From Limnochordia bacterium (GTDB lineage: Bacteria > Bacillota > Limnochordia > DTU080): 64,000 nt of DNA. The notes beneath the pieces are model-generated. The model did not search any database. It saw only the letters and a program-made list of their open reading frames with translations, and was not told the DNA's origin. The stretch covers positions 128,001 to 192,000 of the forward strand of contig JBMNJG010000007.1 of assembly GCA_050951545.1 (NCBI GenBank). The letters are read 5' to 3'. Of the stretch, positions 1-9,611 are shown piece after piece (positions within the stretch are counted from its first letter, which is position 1; every line of letters begins with the position of its first letter). The translations under genes and the position numbers were made by a program.

Positions 1-949
1 CGATCTGGAAGGCACCTATGGCGATCTCCGAACCATTGTGGACGGGACCGCGCACCTGTGGAGCGATGTTCCAGCGGAAGGGGACATTAGCCATGTAGGC
101 ACCGATAACCCCTGGTCCATCCACGAGGTCGATGGCAGTCTTGCCCTTCCAGAAGTACGTGTCAGCGACATTGGGTGTACCAGGCGGCGCCGTGATGCGA
201 TCAGCGAACGCTCTACGGGGGAAATCGAGGCCGCGCGCGACTTCGGGGGTGTTCCACAGACTCTTGGTTGGGGCGACGACCCGATCATACAGCTTGCCTC
301 CTGCCTGATGCACCCAGATATACCAGCGGGCACCCATGCGGTCGATACCCCAGATCTCGGGTATGCCGTCACCGTCGGCATCCTTCGTCAGTTTGCGCCC
401 CATGGACAGAGCCTGCTCCCAGGTCCAATCTTTGCCCAGCTGTATGGGGGTGAGCAGGCCTGCTTGGTCAAACAGGTCTTCGTTGAACCAGCTGGCCACA
501 GGGTAGATATCAGCTGGGAGGGCCCATACGGCTCCATTGGGTGCTGTGAGTGTTTCCGCAACGGGCCGTCCTACAAGGCGGGCCAGGTTAATGCCGCTGC
601 GGCTCAAGAAAGGACGCAGGTCAGTGAATGCTCCGCTCACAATCTGTGTAGCCCCTAATGCGGGATGGAAGTCCGTAATGTTTGGAGCTGCTCCGCCCGC
701 TTGCATGACGGTAAACTTGGTGACATACGCGGTGTCGCCAGGCCCTCCGCCCTGCAGTACCTCCACCTCGACACCCGGGTTGCGCGCACCAAAGGCTACT
801 GCCCGATCAAGCAAATACTGGTACCAGGCATCACCATGAGAGTAGTAGTTGAAGTGGGTGAGCTTCACTTTTGCTGCTCCCCCTGCGGTGCTGGCCACAA
901 TCAAGATGAGCCCTGCGAGCGCCAGAATCAGCATTCTTCTTCTCATCAT
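1..949 (-). CDS. ABC sugar-type extracellular solute-binding protein (partial, runs off the left edge)
   Basis: Not in the ORF track. Hand translation from ATG 949 (RBS GGAGGG) gives MMRRRMLILALAGLILIVASTAGGAAKVKLTHFNYYSHG...NPGVEVEV...GGAAPNITD, a signal peptide followed by an SBP family-1-like N-terminus. Confidence 0.8.
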   Translation of the reverse strand, partial: MMRRRMLILALAGLILIVASTAGGAAKVKLTHFNYYSHGDAWYQYLLDRAVAFGARNPGVEVEVLQGGGPGDTAYVTKFTVMQAGGAAPNITDFHPALGATQIVSGAFTDLRPFLSRSGINLARLVGRPVAETLTAPNGAVWALPADIYPVASWFNEDLFDQAGLLTPIQLGKDWTWEQALSMGRKLTKDADGDGIPEIWGIDRMGARWYIWVHQAGGKLYDRVVAPTKSLWNTPEVARGLDFPRRAFADRITAPPGTPNVADTYFWKGKTAIDLVDGPGVIGAYMANVPFRWNIAPQVRGPVHNGSEIAIGAFQI

Positions 950-988
950 TGTCCCTCCAGTCTGTTGACCGAGTTGCTCACTCTGCAA

Positions 989-1013
989 ATTCGCCATCCT
1001 AATGGGTGTTCCT
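989..1013 (-). promoter_or_regulatory. SigH-like promoter for the SBP gene
   Basis: AGGA-N17-GAAT on the minus strand, about 40 nt upstream of the ATG. Confidence 0.5.
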
Positions 1014-1072
1014 CTAATATATGTGAAACGTGTGCCAAGCATGTTTGTGGTGTGTTCGTCAGACAATGCCCG

Positions 1073-1101
1073 TGGACAGCAGACTTGACGCGTGCTACCA
1101 T
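1073..1101 (+). promoter_or_regulatory. SigA-like promoter
   Basis: TGGACA-N17-TACCAT with an extended TG. Confidence 0.45.
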
Positions 1102-1128
1102 TCACATATGCGAGGGGGCCTTTCCGAA

Positions 1129-2214
1129 ATGACCGAGCTAGGTGATGGAGCGTCACTCGCTCTGAAAAGTGACTTTGACTCAGTGCAGAAACGCTGGCTG
1201 GCGTTCTGGCAACACGAGATAATCGACCGGCCCTGTTGTCTCGTGCGGGCACCCAAGGCGGAAGCTATCCGTAGGCAGCCTCCACCATATTTGGCGGGAG
1301 CAAAGGGCGATTTGCGCTCAGTGGCGCTCCAGGTAGTCGCATGGGCCGAGAGTATCTACTGGGGTGGTGAGGCTGTTCCGTATTATTCGCCGAGCTTTGG
1401 CCCGGATATGATGGCGGCCTTTCTAGGAGCACCGCTTGTCTTCCCCGAAGAGAAGGTAGGGACGAACTGGGCCCAAGCCTGCATCGATGACTGGGAGAAG
1501 GCTCTGCCTTTGAGGCTAGATCCAGACAACTACTGGTGGAGGCGTATGCAGGAGTTCTGCCGTATCCTCGGGGAGGAATGCCAGGGCAAGCTGATCGTGG
1601 CTCATCTTGATCTACATAGTAACATGGATACGCTGTTGGCTATGCGTGGTGCCGAGGGTTTGTGCCTGGACCTTATAGACGTACCCGAGTTGATTGACCA
1701 GGCCATGGTCCAGGTGCGGGCACTGTACGCACCACTATATGAATGTCTCTATGAGTGGGCGGGCATGGCTAGTAGCGGTACATGTGGTTGGGTGCCAGCC
1801 TACCACCCCACGCGGACCAACACCATCCAATGTGATTTTGCGGCTCTCATTGGGTCGGAGCATTTTCGTCGTTGGGCTCTGCCAGCCCTTGTCGAAGAGG
1901 CTAGCTTCTTAGGTGAGTGCGTGTATCATTTGGACGGGCCTGATTGTCTGGTTCACTTGGATGATCTATGTGCTATAGAGGGGATAAAATGCATCCAGTG
2001 GGTACAGGGTGCGGGGCGGAAGCCTTTTGTCGAGTGGATGGATCTACTCAAGTACATCCAATCGCGTGGTGTAAGTGTGTGGGTACCGTGCAACATCAAT
2101 GACATCAAACTGTATCACGCAGAGTTGAGGCCAGACCTGGTCTGCTACGATTGCTGGGCGCCCGATGAGGCCAGTGGTAAGGGGATCTTGGCTTGGCTGC
2201 AAGAGAACACCTGA
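1129..2214 (+). CDS. Uroporphyrinogen decarboxylase / cobalamin-methyltransferase (URO-D/MtaA-like) family protein
   Basis: DTLLAMRG..LCLDLID.PE, IQCDF..LI...F, YHLDGP and IQWVQGAG motifs. Start ATG 1129 follows GAGGGG. Confidence 0.75.
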   Translation: MTELGDGASLALKSDFDSVQKRWLAFWQHEIIDRPCCLVRAPKAEAIRRQPPPYLAGAKGDLRSVALQVVAWAESIYWGGEAVPYYSPSFGPDMMAAFLGAPLVFPEEKVGTNWAQACIDDWEKALPLRLDPDNYWWRRMQEFCRILGEECQGKLIVAHLDLHSNMDTLLAMRGAEGLCLDLIDVPELIDQAMVQVRALYAPLYECLYEWAGMASSGTCGWVPAYHPTRTNTIQCDFAALIGSEHFRRWALPALVEEASFLGECVYHLDGPDCLVHLDDLCAIEGIKCIQWVQGAGRKPFVEWMDLLKYIQSRGVSVWVPCNINDIKLYHAELRPDLVCYDCWAPDEASGKGILAWLQENT

Positions 2215-2216
2215 GA

Positions 2217-2873
2217 CTAAGGAAGTACTGCTACGTACCGCAACATCATCCAGTAGTGGCTGAAGCTTCCAGCCATAACGAACAGGTGCCAGAGTTCGTG
2301 GAAGCCGAAGCGTCCGGGCTTGAGTTTAGGCCATTTGAGAGCGTAGAAAACTGCACCTACGGTATAGAAAAGCCCGCCCACGAGTAACCACATGAAACCG
2401 CGTATAGACATGGTGTGCAGCAAAGGTCGCAAGGCGACAACAATCAGCCAGCCCATGAGGCCGTAAATCGCGGTGTAGAGCCAGCGTGGCACGGGCAAGC
2501 TGCAGGCATTGACGCTTATCCCGGCAATGGCGGAGACCCAGATCAGGGCCAGGAGGCTCCAACCCCATGCTCCTCGCAATGGAATGAGACAAAGCGGCGT
2601 GTAGCTACCGGCGATTAAGAGATAGATCATCATGTGGTCCACGTGTCGAAGGATTTTGGTGGCGCGTTCAGACACCGACAGCAGGTGATACAAAGAACTT
2701 GCCGCATACAAGAGAATCAGGCTACTACCGAAAATCGAAAAGGAGACAACATGCCACGGCGTTCCCCGCGAAATCGCTACGTAGATCAGAACACATAGAC
2801 CTGCTAAGGATAAGATGAACCCAGCAAGATGCGTAAAACCACTCACTGGCTCTTTTGGTTGGAGTCTAGCCAT
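2217..2873 (-). CDS. Hemolysin III / PAQR family membrane protein (TrhA-like)
   Basis: Seven TM helices; SSLYH, DHMMIYLLIAGSYTP and FHELWHLFV motifs. Confidence 0.9.
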   Translation of the reverse strand: MARLQPKEPVSGFTHLAGFILSLAGLCVLIYVAISRGTPWHVVSFSIFGSSLILLYAASSLYHLLSVSERATKILRHVDHMMIYLLIAGSYTPLCLIPLRGAWGWSLLALIWVSAIAGISVNACSLPVPRWLYTAIYGLMGWLIVVALRPLLHTMSIRGFMWLLVGGLFYTVGAVFYALKWPKLKPGRFGFHELWHLFVMAGSFSHYWMMLRYVAVLP

Positions 2874-3048
2874 AGCTCTGACCTCCCGATACGAAGTACT
2901 TGTAGCATATCACTTTCGTAGCTTCTGTGGTCTTTCTCAGTTGGGGAAGGCTCCTGTTTTTCACCCAGGGAAGGAAACCTAAGCTTGACGGTGAAGACTC
3001 GAGACGCGAGCCAGCTGTGTGACGCAGGATTTCACGAGGAGGGCGATT

Positions 3049-3816
3049 ATGGCCAGAATCCCTATCGGACTCGAGTTATACTCAGTTCGTCATGAACTGG
3101 ACAAAGATGTGTACGGGACGCTGAAGGCAGTAGCAGACATGGGGTATGAAGGGGTCGAATTCGCTGGTGCACCTAAGCATAGTGCGCGGGTATTGCGCGC
3201 CATCCTGGATGAGGTGGGGCTCGTCTGCTGTGGGTGGCATATCCCATACAACCTCGTACAAGCTGATCGGTTAGAGGAAACCATTGCCTTTCAGAAGACT
3301 GTTGGCAATCGGCGTCTTATCATACCGGGTGTTCAGGCGCGTTCACGACAAGACTGGCGGGATTTCGCCGTCTTCCTTAACGATCTGACCGAAAAGCTGG
3401 CACCACACGACATGAAGACGGGTTATCACAACCACGTCCAGGAGTTTGTAGAGGTTGACGGTGAGCAGCCTTGGGACACTTTGTTCGGCAATACGGGCAG
3501 ACGTGTGATCATGCAGCTCGACATAGGAAATGCTTACGCTGGCGGTGCTGATTGCGTTGACATCTTGAAGCGCTACCCGGGTCGGGCTGGCACGGTGCAT
3601 TTGAAGTCGTACTCCATCGAGGAGGGGAAGAAAGATCGGAAGCTTGGCTACCGACCTCTTCTTGGAGACGACGGTCTACCTTGGGAGCCGATCTTTGAGC
3701 TCTGTGAGAGTATTGGTGATACCGATTGGTACATTGTCGAGTACGAGAGCGATGCCTATCCGCCCATGGAGGCTGTCGAGCGATTTCTCAAGAAAATCAA
3801 GGCGATGGGCAGGTAG
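3049..3816 (+). CDS. Sugar phosphate isomerase/epimerase (xylose-isomerase-like TIM barrel)
   Basis: GLELYSVR, GYEGVEFAG, GYHNH..EF, QLDIGN, VHLK and IVEYE motifs; RBS GAGGAGG. Confidence 0.9.
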   Translation: MARIPIGLELYSVRHELDKDVYGTLKAVADMGYEGVEFAGAPKHSARVLRAILDEVGLVCCGWHIPYNLVQADRLEETIAFQKTVGNRRLIIPGVQARSRQDWRDFAVFLNDLTEKLAPHDMKTGYHNHVQEFVEVDGEQPWDTLFGNTGRRVIMQLDIGNAYAGGADCVDILKRYPGRAGTVHLKSYSIEEGKKDRKLGYRPLLGDDGLPWEPIFELCESIGDTDWYIVEYESDAYPPMEAVERFLKKIKAMGR

Positions 3817-3838
3817 CTTGTCGCACCTGGGTGTCTGA

Positions 3839-4621
3839 TCAGGCGTCCTGTTGTGTGATGCGTACTTGACGTACCGCTAGCTCTGAGACATTGAGATGGT
3901 TGAGCAACTGGCGGAGGTAACTCTCCGCCTGTGCCGACTCAGCTGAAATGGTGATCTCCAAGACGCCAGTCTCGGTATCAAGCGTGTGTCGCAGTATTCT
4001 ACATGCTCGGCGCACATTGGGATCGCTTCGGAGAGTGAGCATCAGCATCTCCACACGCTCCAAATCAGACACACGGCCAACACGGCGGATGATGGGGGCA
4101 TAGAACGCTTGCCATAGTGCGTGGAGCAAGAGTCCGGGGGCTGGAGCAAGCATTAACCAGTACATCAGGCGGCCAGCCCCTGAGCAGACCAGAGCCCACC
4201 AAAGCAAGAGCGTTCCGGCACTGAGCGCGACCAGATCATCAAGACCTAGGCGAAGCGTGCCGCTCTGTGGCCAGGCGACATGCCAGTAGTGGCCGTTACG
4301 TACCGACCAGCGACGAGCCAAAGCCGACATGAGACCTGTAGTGGCTGTGACAAGCAGCCAGAACCGACTGGTCGGGCTAACCATCAGGGGGAGTAGGAGG
4401 CGGCCAAAGCTCGCTCCCCGCGCACCCGACAAGAGCCCGACGAGCATGTTGAGGAGCAGCAGCGGTAGGGGCAGCAACCACACCATGACGCCAGCGCCTA
4501 CACCAGCTAGCACAACTGTGGTGAGAGGAGCAAAACCCATCTTCGCCTCTTCGTCCTGGCGTTTGGCTATCAGCTCCTTGGTAGGGGGCAACGCTAGAGG
4601 TGAAAGACTCGGTGATGCCAT
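3839..4621 (-). CDS. Hypothetical membrane protein
   Basis: About 260 aa with several hydrophobic segments and a soluble C-terminus; RBS GGGGAGG. Confidence 0.6.
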   Translation of the reverse strand: MASPSLSPLALPPTKELIAKRQDEEAKMGFAPLTTVVLAGVGAGVMVWLLPLPLLLLNMLVGLLSGARGASFGRLLLPLMVSPTSRFWLLVTATTGLMSALARRWSVRNGHYWHVAWPQSGTLRLGLDDLVALSAGTLLLWWALVCSGAGRLMYWLMLAPAPGLLLHALWQAFYAPIIRRVGRVSDLERVEMLMLTLRSDPNVRRACRILRHTLDTETGVLEITISAESAQAESYLRQLLNHLNVSELAVRQVRITQQDA

Positions 4622-4788
4622 GGTCACTGACCTCCCCAGAGAATGATGTGATGCCGTGCGGGCATGTCGGCGGCCTACTCCTCTGATTTCGGCAGCTAGG
4701 TGTTGGGCGACGTTCTCCTGGTAGCAGGGTATTCGGTTGACTTAGCGCACCCCCTGCAAGTACGAAAAAAAGGGTCTGGAGGGTCACA

Positions 4789-6189
4789 ATGGGTAAACGT
4801 ACCGATGTTCGTCCGGTGGCGGCGTCGCTTTATTTTTTACCTCTTGAGGTACGCGTGCCACTGAAGTTTGGTCCGGAGGTTCTCACTTACGTGACGGTAG
4901 CTCGGGTAAGAATGGTAGTAGCTGATGCCAGTGGCCGGACTGCAGAAGGGTGGGGTGAGACACCGCTATCTGTGCAGTGGGTGTGGCCGGGCCAGCTAAC
5001 TTATGAGATGCGTCACGAGGCACTTAAGAGCTTCTGTACCACCTTGACTGACGCCTGGGCCAATTTTGATCGTTTCGGGCATCCTATCGAAGTGGGTCAT
5101 GCCTTTACGGAGGAACTGCTGCCGCGTCTGCTTGAGCAGGCCAACAGCGGGCGAGATTCGGCCGAAACAATGCCATGGTTGGCTGCTTTGGTCTGCTGCT
5201 CACCCTTTGATATCGCTCTTCATGATGCCTACGGAGTGCTGCATAGCCGGCCCGTTTACGAAACGTACGGTCCAGAGTTTATGAATGAGGATTTGGCGGC
5301 CTTTCTTACACCTGCCACTGGCACGGATATCAGCTTCGCGGGCAAGTATCCCGAGCACTTCCTTGTTTCTCCTCGTCCGCGTCGACTGCCAGCCTGGCAC
5401 TTGGTTGGCGGTGTGGATCCCTTGTATGAGGGAGATCTAAAGGGTAATGAGCCGGATGATGGGTACCCGGTTCTCCTCAGTGACTGGATAACCCGCGACG
5501 GCTTGAAATGCTTGAAGGTCAAGCTGCGCGGCAATGACGCTGCCTGGGACTACCAGAGGTTAGTCAATGTGGGGCAGCTGGCCATCGATCACGATGTTCC
5601 CTGGTTGACTACTGACTTCAACTGCACTGTGATGGATCCAGTGTATGTCAATGAGATTCTGGATCGTTTGCTGGTGGAGCACCCCCGCATCTACGGGATG
5701 ATCCTGTACGTTGAGCAGCCTTTCCCCTATGAGTTGGAAAGTCATCGTATTCCGGTACACAGTGTCTCTGCCCGCAAGCCCCTTTTCATGGATGAGAGCG
5801 CCCATGACTGGAAGCTGGTCAAGCTCGGCCGCGAGTTGGGCTGGACGGGCGTTGCTCTCAAGACCTGTAAGACTCAGACCGGGGCATTGCTCAGCCTTTG
5901 CTGGGCGAAGGCTCACGGCATGACTCTCATGGTACAGGACCTTACCAATCCGATGCTGGCGCAGATACCCCACGTGCTTCTTGCTGCCTATGCGGGGACT
6001 ATCATGGGCGTAGAGACTAATGCCATGCAGTTCTACCCCGATGCGTCATTGCCTGAGGAGAAGGTTCATCCTGGTCTGTATCGGCGACGTGATGGCGAGG
6101 TCGATCTCTCGAGTATCCAGGGGCCTGGTTTTGGCTATCGCCTGAATGAGATCGAGCGCGAGTTGCCAGCACCAGTGGCCGGCTGCTAA
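4789..6189 (+). CDS. Mandelate racemase/muconate lactonizing (enolase superfamily) enzyme
   Basis: GWGE in the N-domain; KVKLRG, DFN, YVEQP, MDES and VALKTCK metal/catalytic motifs. Confidence 0.85.
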   Translation: MGKRTDVRPVAASLYFLPLEVRVPLKFGPEVLTYVTVARVRMVVADASGRTAEGWGETPLSVQWVWPGQLTYEMRHEALKSFCTTLTDAWANFDRFGHPIEVGHAFTEELLPRLLEQANSGRDSAETMPWLAALVCCSPFDIALHDAYGVLHSRPVYETYGPEFMNEDLAAFLTPATGTDISFAGKYPEHFLVSPRPRRLPAWHLVGGVDPLYEGDLKGNEPDDGYPVLLSDWITRDGLKCLKVKLRGNDAAWDYQRLVNVGQLAIDHDVPWLTTDFNCTVMDPVYVNEILDRLLVEHPRIYGMILYVEQPFPYELESHRIPVHSVSARKPLFMDESAHDWKLVKLGRELGWTGVALKTCKTQTGALLSLCWAKAHGMTLMVQDLTNPMLAQIPHVLLAAYAGTIMGVETNAMQFYPDASLPEEKVHPGLYRRRDGEVDLSSIQGPGFGYRLNEIERELPAPVAGC

Positions 6190-6302
6190 GTAAGGTTGCT
6201 GCAAGGAACTCTACGGGGCCCCAAGACCCCTGCCGCTACAGCTTCGCGCCAGAGACGGCTGTAGATGCCGCCTCTGGCGAGCAAACTGGCGTGAGTACCC
6301 TC
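6186..6302 (-). pseudogene. Remnant of the C-terminus of an ABC exporter ATP-binding domain
   Basis: Start-less frame reads EGTHASLLARGGIYSRLWRE..., matching the typical (E)GTHxELLxxxGxYxxLW tail of MsbA/MDR-type exporters. Confidence 0.55.
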
Positions 6303-6348
6303 TCGGCTGCCATTGGGTTCTCTCCACTTTCGGCGAGTTCCTGCGGCC

Positions 6349-7038
6349 TCAAAGATCTCTGTGCTGCAGGTTACGCGTGGCCAACTGGAGCAGCAGTAGG
6401 TAGAGCGTCGCAGTGATCATGAGCGTGAGCATAACGGGGCGCCACGTCGACACAGCCGACCATGCAGCTAGAGTGTGTAGCCAGCCCTGCTGCTGAGTGG
6501 ATTGACCTGCGTCTCGGACTAGTCCGCTGTTTTGCAGTACCTGCCACCCCAATGCCAAGCCAATAGGCACCAATGAAAAATACATTAGGTACAGTCGTAT
6601 GGAGCGGTACCCATGGCGGAAGAACACCGCAAGCAGAAAGCCCGAAAGAAGCAAGCCAGAGCTGGCAGCCGCTACGACCCCGGGTACCAGCGCCTGCCAT
6701 GTCTGACTGCTGTTGGTCAGCAGAAGAACTGGTAGGAGGCCGGAGGCGGTGAAGAGGAAAGCGAACGACAGTGTGCTTAGAAACTTGCCAGCCGTGATGT
6801 CTCGCGCAGAGAGCGGCAGGCTACGCAAGTAGATGAGCCCTCCTTGGTCTTCCTCATACGCTGTACCCAGGGTGGTCACCATAATGAGGCCTCCCAGGAC
6901 TCCGCCGATGCTGCCGATGCCGCCTTCGCCGCCCATGGCGAGGTTGAGGCTGAAGATCACCAGAATGGCGCATCCCACCAAAAGCCGTGATCGCTGTTGG
7001 ACTAGGTCCTTATAGACAAGCATGGCCACTGCCTGCAT
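6349..7038 (-). CDS. ABC-2 transporter permease
   Basis: Multi-TM protein with YLRSLPLS.RDI..GKF; lies downstream of an ABC ATPase. Confidence 0.85.
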   Translation of the reverse strand: MQAVAMLVYKDLVQQRSRLLVGCAILVIFSLNLAMGGEGGIGSIGGVLGGLIMVTTLGTAYEEDQGGLIYLRSLPLSARDITAGKFLSTLSFAFLFTASGLLPVLLLTNSSQTWQALVPGVVAAASSGLLLSGFLLAVFFRHGYRSIRLYLMYFSLVPIGLALGWQVLQNSGLVRDAGQSTQQQGWLHTLAAWSAVSTWRPVMLTLMITATLYLLLLQLATRNLQHRDL

Positions 7039-7924
7039 CGTGGATTTCCTCCTTACTTACAAGTTCGCCAAGAATCTCATCTAAATCCAGCGGCCGCTGG
7101 TGTAGTGGCTTGTGACCCTTTTGTTGCATGAAGGCTAGGGCCCTGGCTGCTTCAGTGACCGCCACACGTACCACCCCGTTGGCTACTACTTTGGCCGAGA
7201 ACAGCCCCGGGAGCCCCTCCGCATCGGGGGCATCGATCATCAACTCATACCACTGGTCGCGCAGCGTCTCTCGCGCTTCCTTCAGAGCGACTTGACCATC
7301 GATCACAAAGACGATGTAGTCTGCGATGCGCTCAACATCTTCGGTGATGTGCGTCGAGAAGAGAACGGTTCGCTTTTCGTCTTGCACAACGGCGCCAATC
7401 TGATCCAGTATCTCTCGTCGGATGAGGGGGTCAAGCCCAGAGGTGGGTTCGTCAAGGATAAGCAGCTGCGGATTGTGCGCCAATGCCAGTGCCAACTGCA
7501 GCTTGACCCGAGTGCCCTTGGAGAGAGTCTTGCTTGGCGCGCGGGCATCGATCTTGAAACTCCGTAACAGTTGGCCGTAGCGCTCGTCGGACCAAGTGGT
7601 GAAATGAGCTCGTGCAAAGCGACCAAACCACTGGGCGTTCATGTTCTGGTAGAGAAAGGGTTCTTCCGGTACGAAGCCGATACCTTGCTTGATGGACTTC
7701 TCGTGCATACGTGGATCCAATCCAAAGACCGTGATGGAACCTGTTGCGGGTTGCACCAGGCCCATAAGCATCTTAAGCAGGGTTGTTTTGCCGGCACCAT
7801 TGGGCCCCAGTATTCCGTATACGTAGCCAGGCTCGAGTTCCAGGCTCACCGGGCCAAAGCGGAACGACGGATAATCTTTGGTGAGCTTTTGTACATCTAT
7901 CACATGCTGGTATTCAGCAGTCAT
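7010..7924 (-). CDS. ABC transporter ATP-binding protein (YtrB-like)
   Basis: Walker A GPNGAGKTT, LSKG signature, LILDEPT and FSTH. Confidence 0.95.
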   Translation of the reverse strand: MTAEYQHVIDVQKLTKDYPSFRFGPVSLELEPGYVYGILGPNGAGKTTLLKMLMGLVQPATGSITVFGLDPRMHEKSIKQGIGFVPEEPFLYQNMNAQWFGRFARAHFTTWSDERYGQLLRSFKIDARAPSKTLSKGTRVKLQLALALAHNPQLLILDEPTSGLDPLIRREILDQIGAVVQDEKRTVLFSTHITEDVERIADYIVFVIDGQVALKEARETLRDQWYELMIDAPDAEGLPGLFSAKVVANGVVRVAVTEAARALAFMQQKGHKPLHQRPLDLDEILGELVSKEEIHDAGSGHACL

Positions 7925-7930
7925 GATCCC

Positions 7931-8362
7931 TCACCACGCATCCTTTCTTGGTCTTTTGGTTACGGTTTTGTCGGATGACCGGTTTGGCTCTTCGGCCAGC
8001 ATCTGCACCAGGAGTAGCTTGACTTGATCCGGAGGAAGACCCAGATTCTCAGCCTCTGCAAGTACATTCTCAAGCAGGGCGCGCACATGCTGCTGACGGG
8101 CGTCGTGGCGCTGAGCTTGTGTCTGTTTTGCCACAAAACTTCCCATGCCCGGGCGCGTGAAGATCAGACCTGCGCGCTCCAACTCGGCGTACGCCCGTCG
8201 TATAGTGATCACACTGACCGAAAGCTGCTGTGCCAACCCTCGCACGGATGGTAGTGGTGTTTCAGGCGACAGCTTTCCACTCAGAATGAGATTCTGTATC
8301 TGGTCTACGATCTGCTGGTAAAATGGCGCCGAACCTTGAGCCTGTAACGAGATTGGAAGCAG
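7931..8362 (-). CDS. GntR family regulator (YtrA subfamily), probable CTG start
   Basis: The frame extends upstream of the ORF-track GTG as LPISL..SAPFYQQIVDQIQNLILSGKL...PLPSVRGLA..LSVS..TIRRAY. The only candidate start after the in-frame TAG is CTG 8362, preceded by AAGGGGGT. Confidence 0.85.
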   Translation of the reverse strand: MLPISLQAQGSAPFYQQIVDQIQNLILSGKLSPETPLPSVRGLAQQLSVSVITIRRAYAELERAGLIFTRPGMGSFVAKQTQAQRHDARQQHVRALLENVLAEAENLGLPPDQVKLLLVQMLAEEPNRSSDKTVTKRPRKDAW

Positions 8363-8382
8363 ATTGGCACCCCCTTGCTATC

Positions 8383-8441
8383 CTGTGTATATACGGTAGA
8401 CACAGCATACACAGTATAGCCGTGGGTTCGCCCCATGTCAA
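8383..8441 (-). promoter_or_regulatory. SigA promoter and YtrA-type operator of the gntR-ABC operon
   Basis: TTGACA(8441-8436)-N17-TATACT(8418-8413), followed by CTGTGTATG/CTGTGTCTA/CCGTATATA repeats and an imperfect palindrome TGTGT-N11-ACACA. Confidence 0.75.
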
Positions 8442-8573
8442 TACGTTAGGTCATCACTTGGCCGCCTATGACGATGGGTTACTACACGCGAGGGCCAATT
8501 GCGAAAGGTTAGCCGAATGCGGCGTGCTCGGCACCAAGGGGCTGGTATGCCCTAGCGCAGCGCGTTATAGCGG

Positions 8574-8603
8574 TTGACGCCGCAACAGCCGAAATGATAT
8601 ACT
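8574..8603 (+). promoter_or_regulatory. SigA promoter of tRNA-Gln
   Basis: TTGACG-N18-TATACT with an extended TG. Confidence 0.65.
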
Positions 8604-8630
8604 GCGTTATGCCTTCATGCATTCATGCAC

Positions 8631-8704
8631 TGGGGAGTGGTGAAACGGCATCACGGCAGACTTTGGATCTGCTTTTCCAGGTTCGAGTCCTGGCTCCCCA
8701 GCCA
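8631..8704 (+). tRNA. tRNA-Gln (anticodon TTG)
   Basis: Acceptor TGGGGAG/CTCCCCA, anticodon arm GCAGA-CTTTGGA-TCTGC, T-loop GGTTCGAGTCC, encoded CCA. Confidence 0.97.
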
Positions 8705-8709
8705 CTCTG

Positions 8710-8738
8710 GCCATCGCAAGACGACGATGGCTTTTTTT
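8710..8738 (+). terminator. Rho-independent terminator
   Basis: GCCATCG-N8-CGATGGC followed by a T run. Confidence 0.8.
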
Positions 8739-8852
8739 GCTCCCGGAGGCGAGCTACCCCAGGGAACGAGTTCCGCTGGTCCGTCATATCATGCGGGGAT
8801 AGACGGTCCTGGATTTCGTGGGCAGTAAGCGCCTGTCAGGGAGTGGACGCTC

Positions 8853-9488
8853 ATGTGGTCATTGGCAATGCTTACGCTGGCTCTTAGCATGGATGGTCTG
8901 CTGGCTGGTATCTCTTATGGTATGCGTGCTATCGCCATACCGTCTCGTTCGCTTGGCATCGTGGCGGTTTGCACATTCGTGGGCATCGGCCTATCGATGG
9001 CCTTAGGCCATCTGATGGGAGACCTAGTGCAACCAGCGCTTGCCCGGGGACTTGGGGGCTTTCTGCTCATCGGCTTGGGTCTGTGTCAGTTGACACAGGG
9101 TTGGGTTGAGTGTCGGCGACATGCGTTATGTCAACAGGGACGCAGTTCAGCGGTTCTCGCGCGCTTGCGTTTGCGTTCGCTCGGGATTGCCATCCAGGTA
9201 CTGCAGGAACCAGTGTGCGCGGATCGCGACTGTTCTGGTAGTATTGAGGCGGGCGAGGCTGTGGTGTTGGGGGTGGCCTTGGGGCTGGATACTCTCGCAG
9301 CTGGGATGGCGGCCAGCCTTGTGGGCTTAGGATGGCTCTTGGTGGTTATGGTGCCTGTAGGACTCGTGATTCTGATCGAGTTGGGGCTGATCGTCGGCCG
9401 TACGCGACGCACCTCATTGTTGGCCGACCGAGGGTTCATGGTCCCGGCAGCCCTGTTGATCTTGATGGGTCTACTCCAGCTGGTATAG
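8853..9488 (+). CDS. MntP/YtaF family membrane protein (sporulation protein YtaF-like)
   Basis: ALSMDG...G..YG, PVCADRDCSGSI...EA and LGVALGLDTLAAG motifs. Confidence 0.8.
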   Translation: MWSLAMLTLALSMDGLLAGISYGMRAIAIPSRSLGIVAVCTFVGIGLSMALGHLMGDLVQPALARGLGGFLLIGLGLCQLTQGWVECRRHALCQQGRSSAVLARLRLRSLGIAIQVLQEPVCADRDCSGSIEAGEAVVLGVALGLDTLAAGMAASLVGLGWLLVVMVPVGLVILIELGLIVGRTRRTSLLADRGFMVPAALLILMGLLQLV

Positions 9489-9611
9489 TATGATAAAAGG
9501 ATTCGAGAAACTCGGGAGCAACTACGGCTAGAGGGCGGACAGCTCTGTTGGACAGGCTCACGGAAAGCGGCGATTCCGCCCCTTTGCGTGATCTGTGATT
9601 GGGGGATGCTG

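Noticed and set aside
6198-6347. 6S RNA or MITE (imperfect 13-bp terminal inverted repeat plus an internal hairpin)
   Set aside because: The arms are asymmetric, no second copy is seen, and the interior is better explained as an ABC-gene remnant.
8485-8530. c-di-GMP-I riboswitch-like GCGAAAG segment
   Set aside because: It lacks the GGCAAA/GCAAAG elements and the second stem, and is not positioned in a leader.
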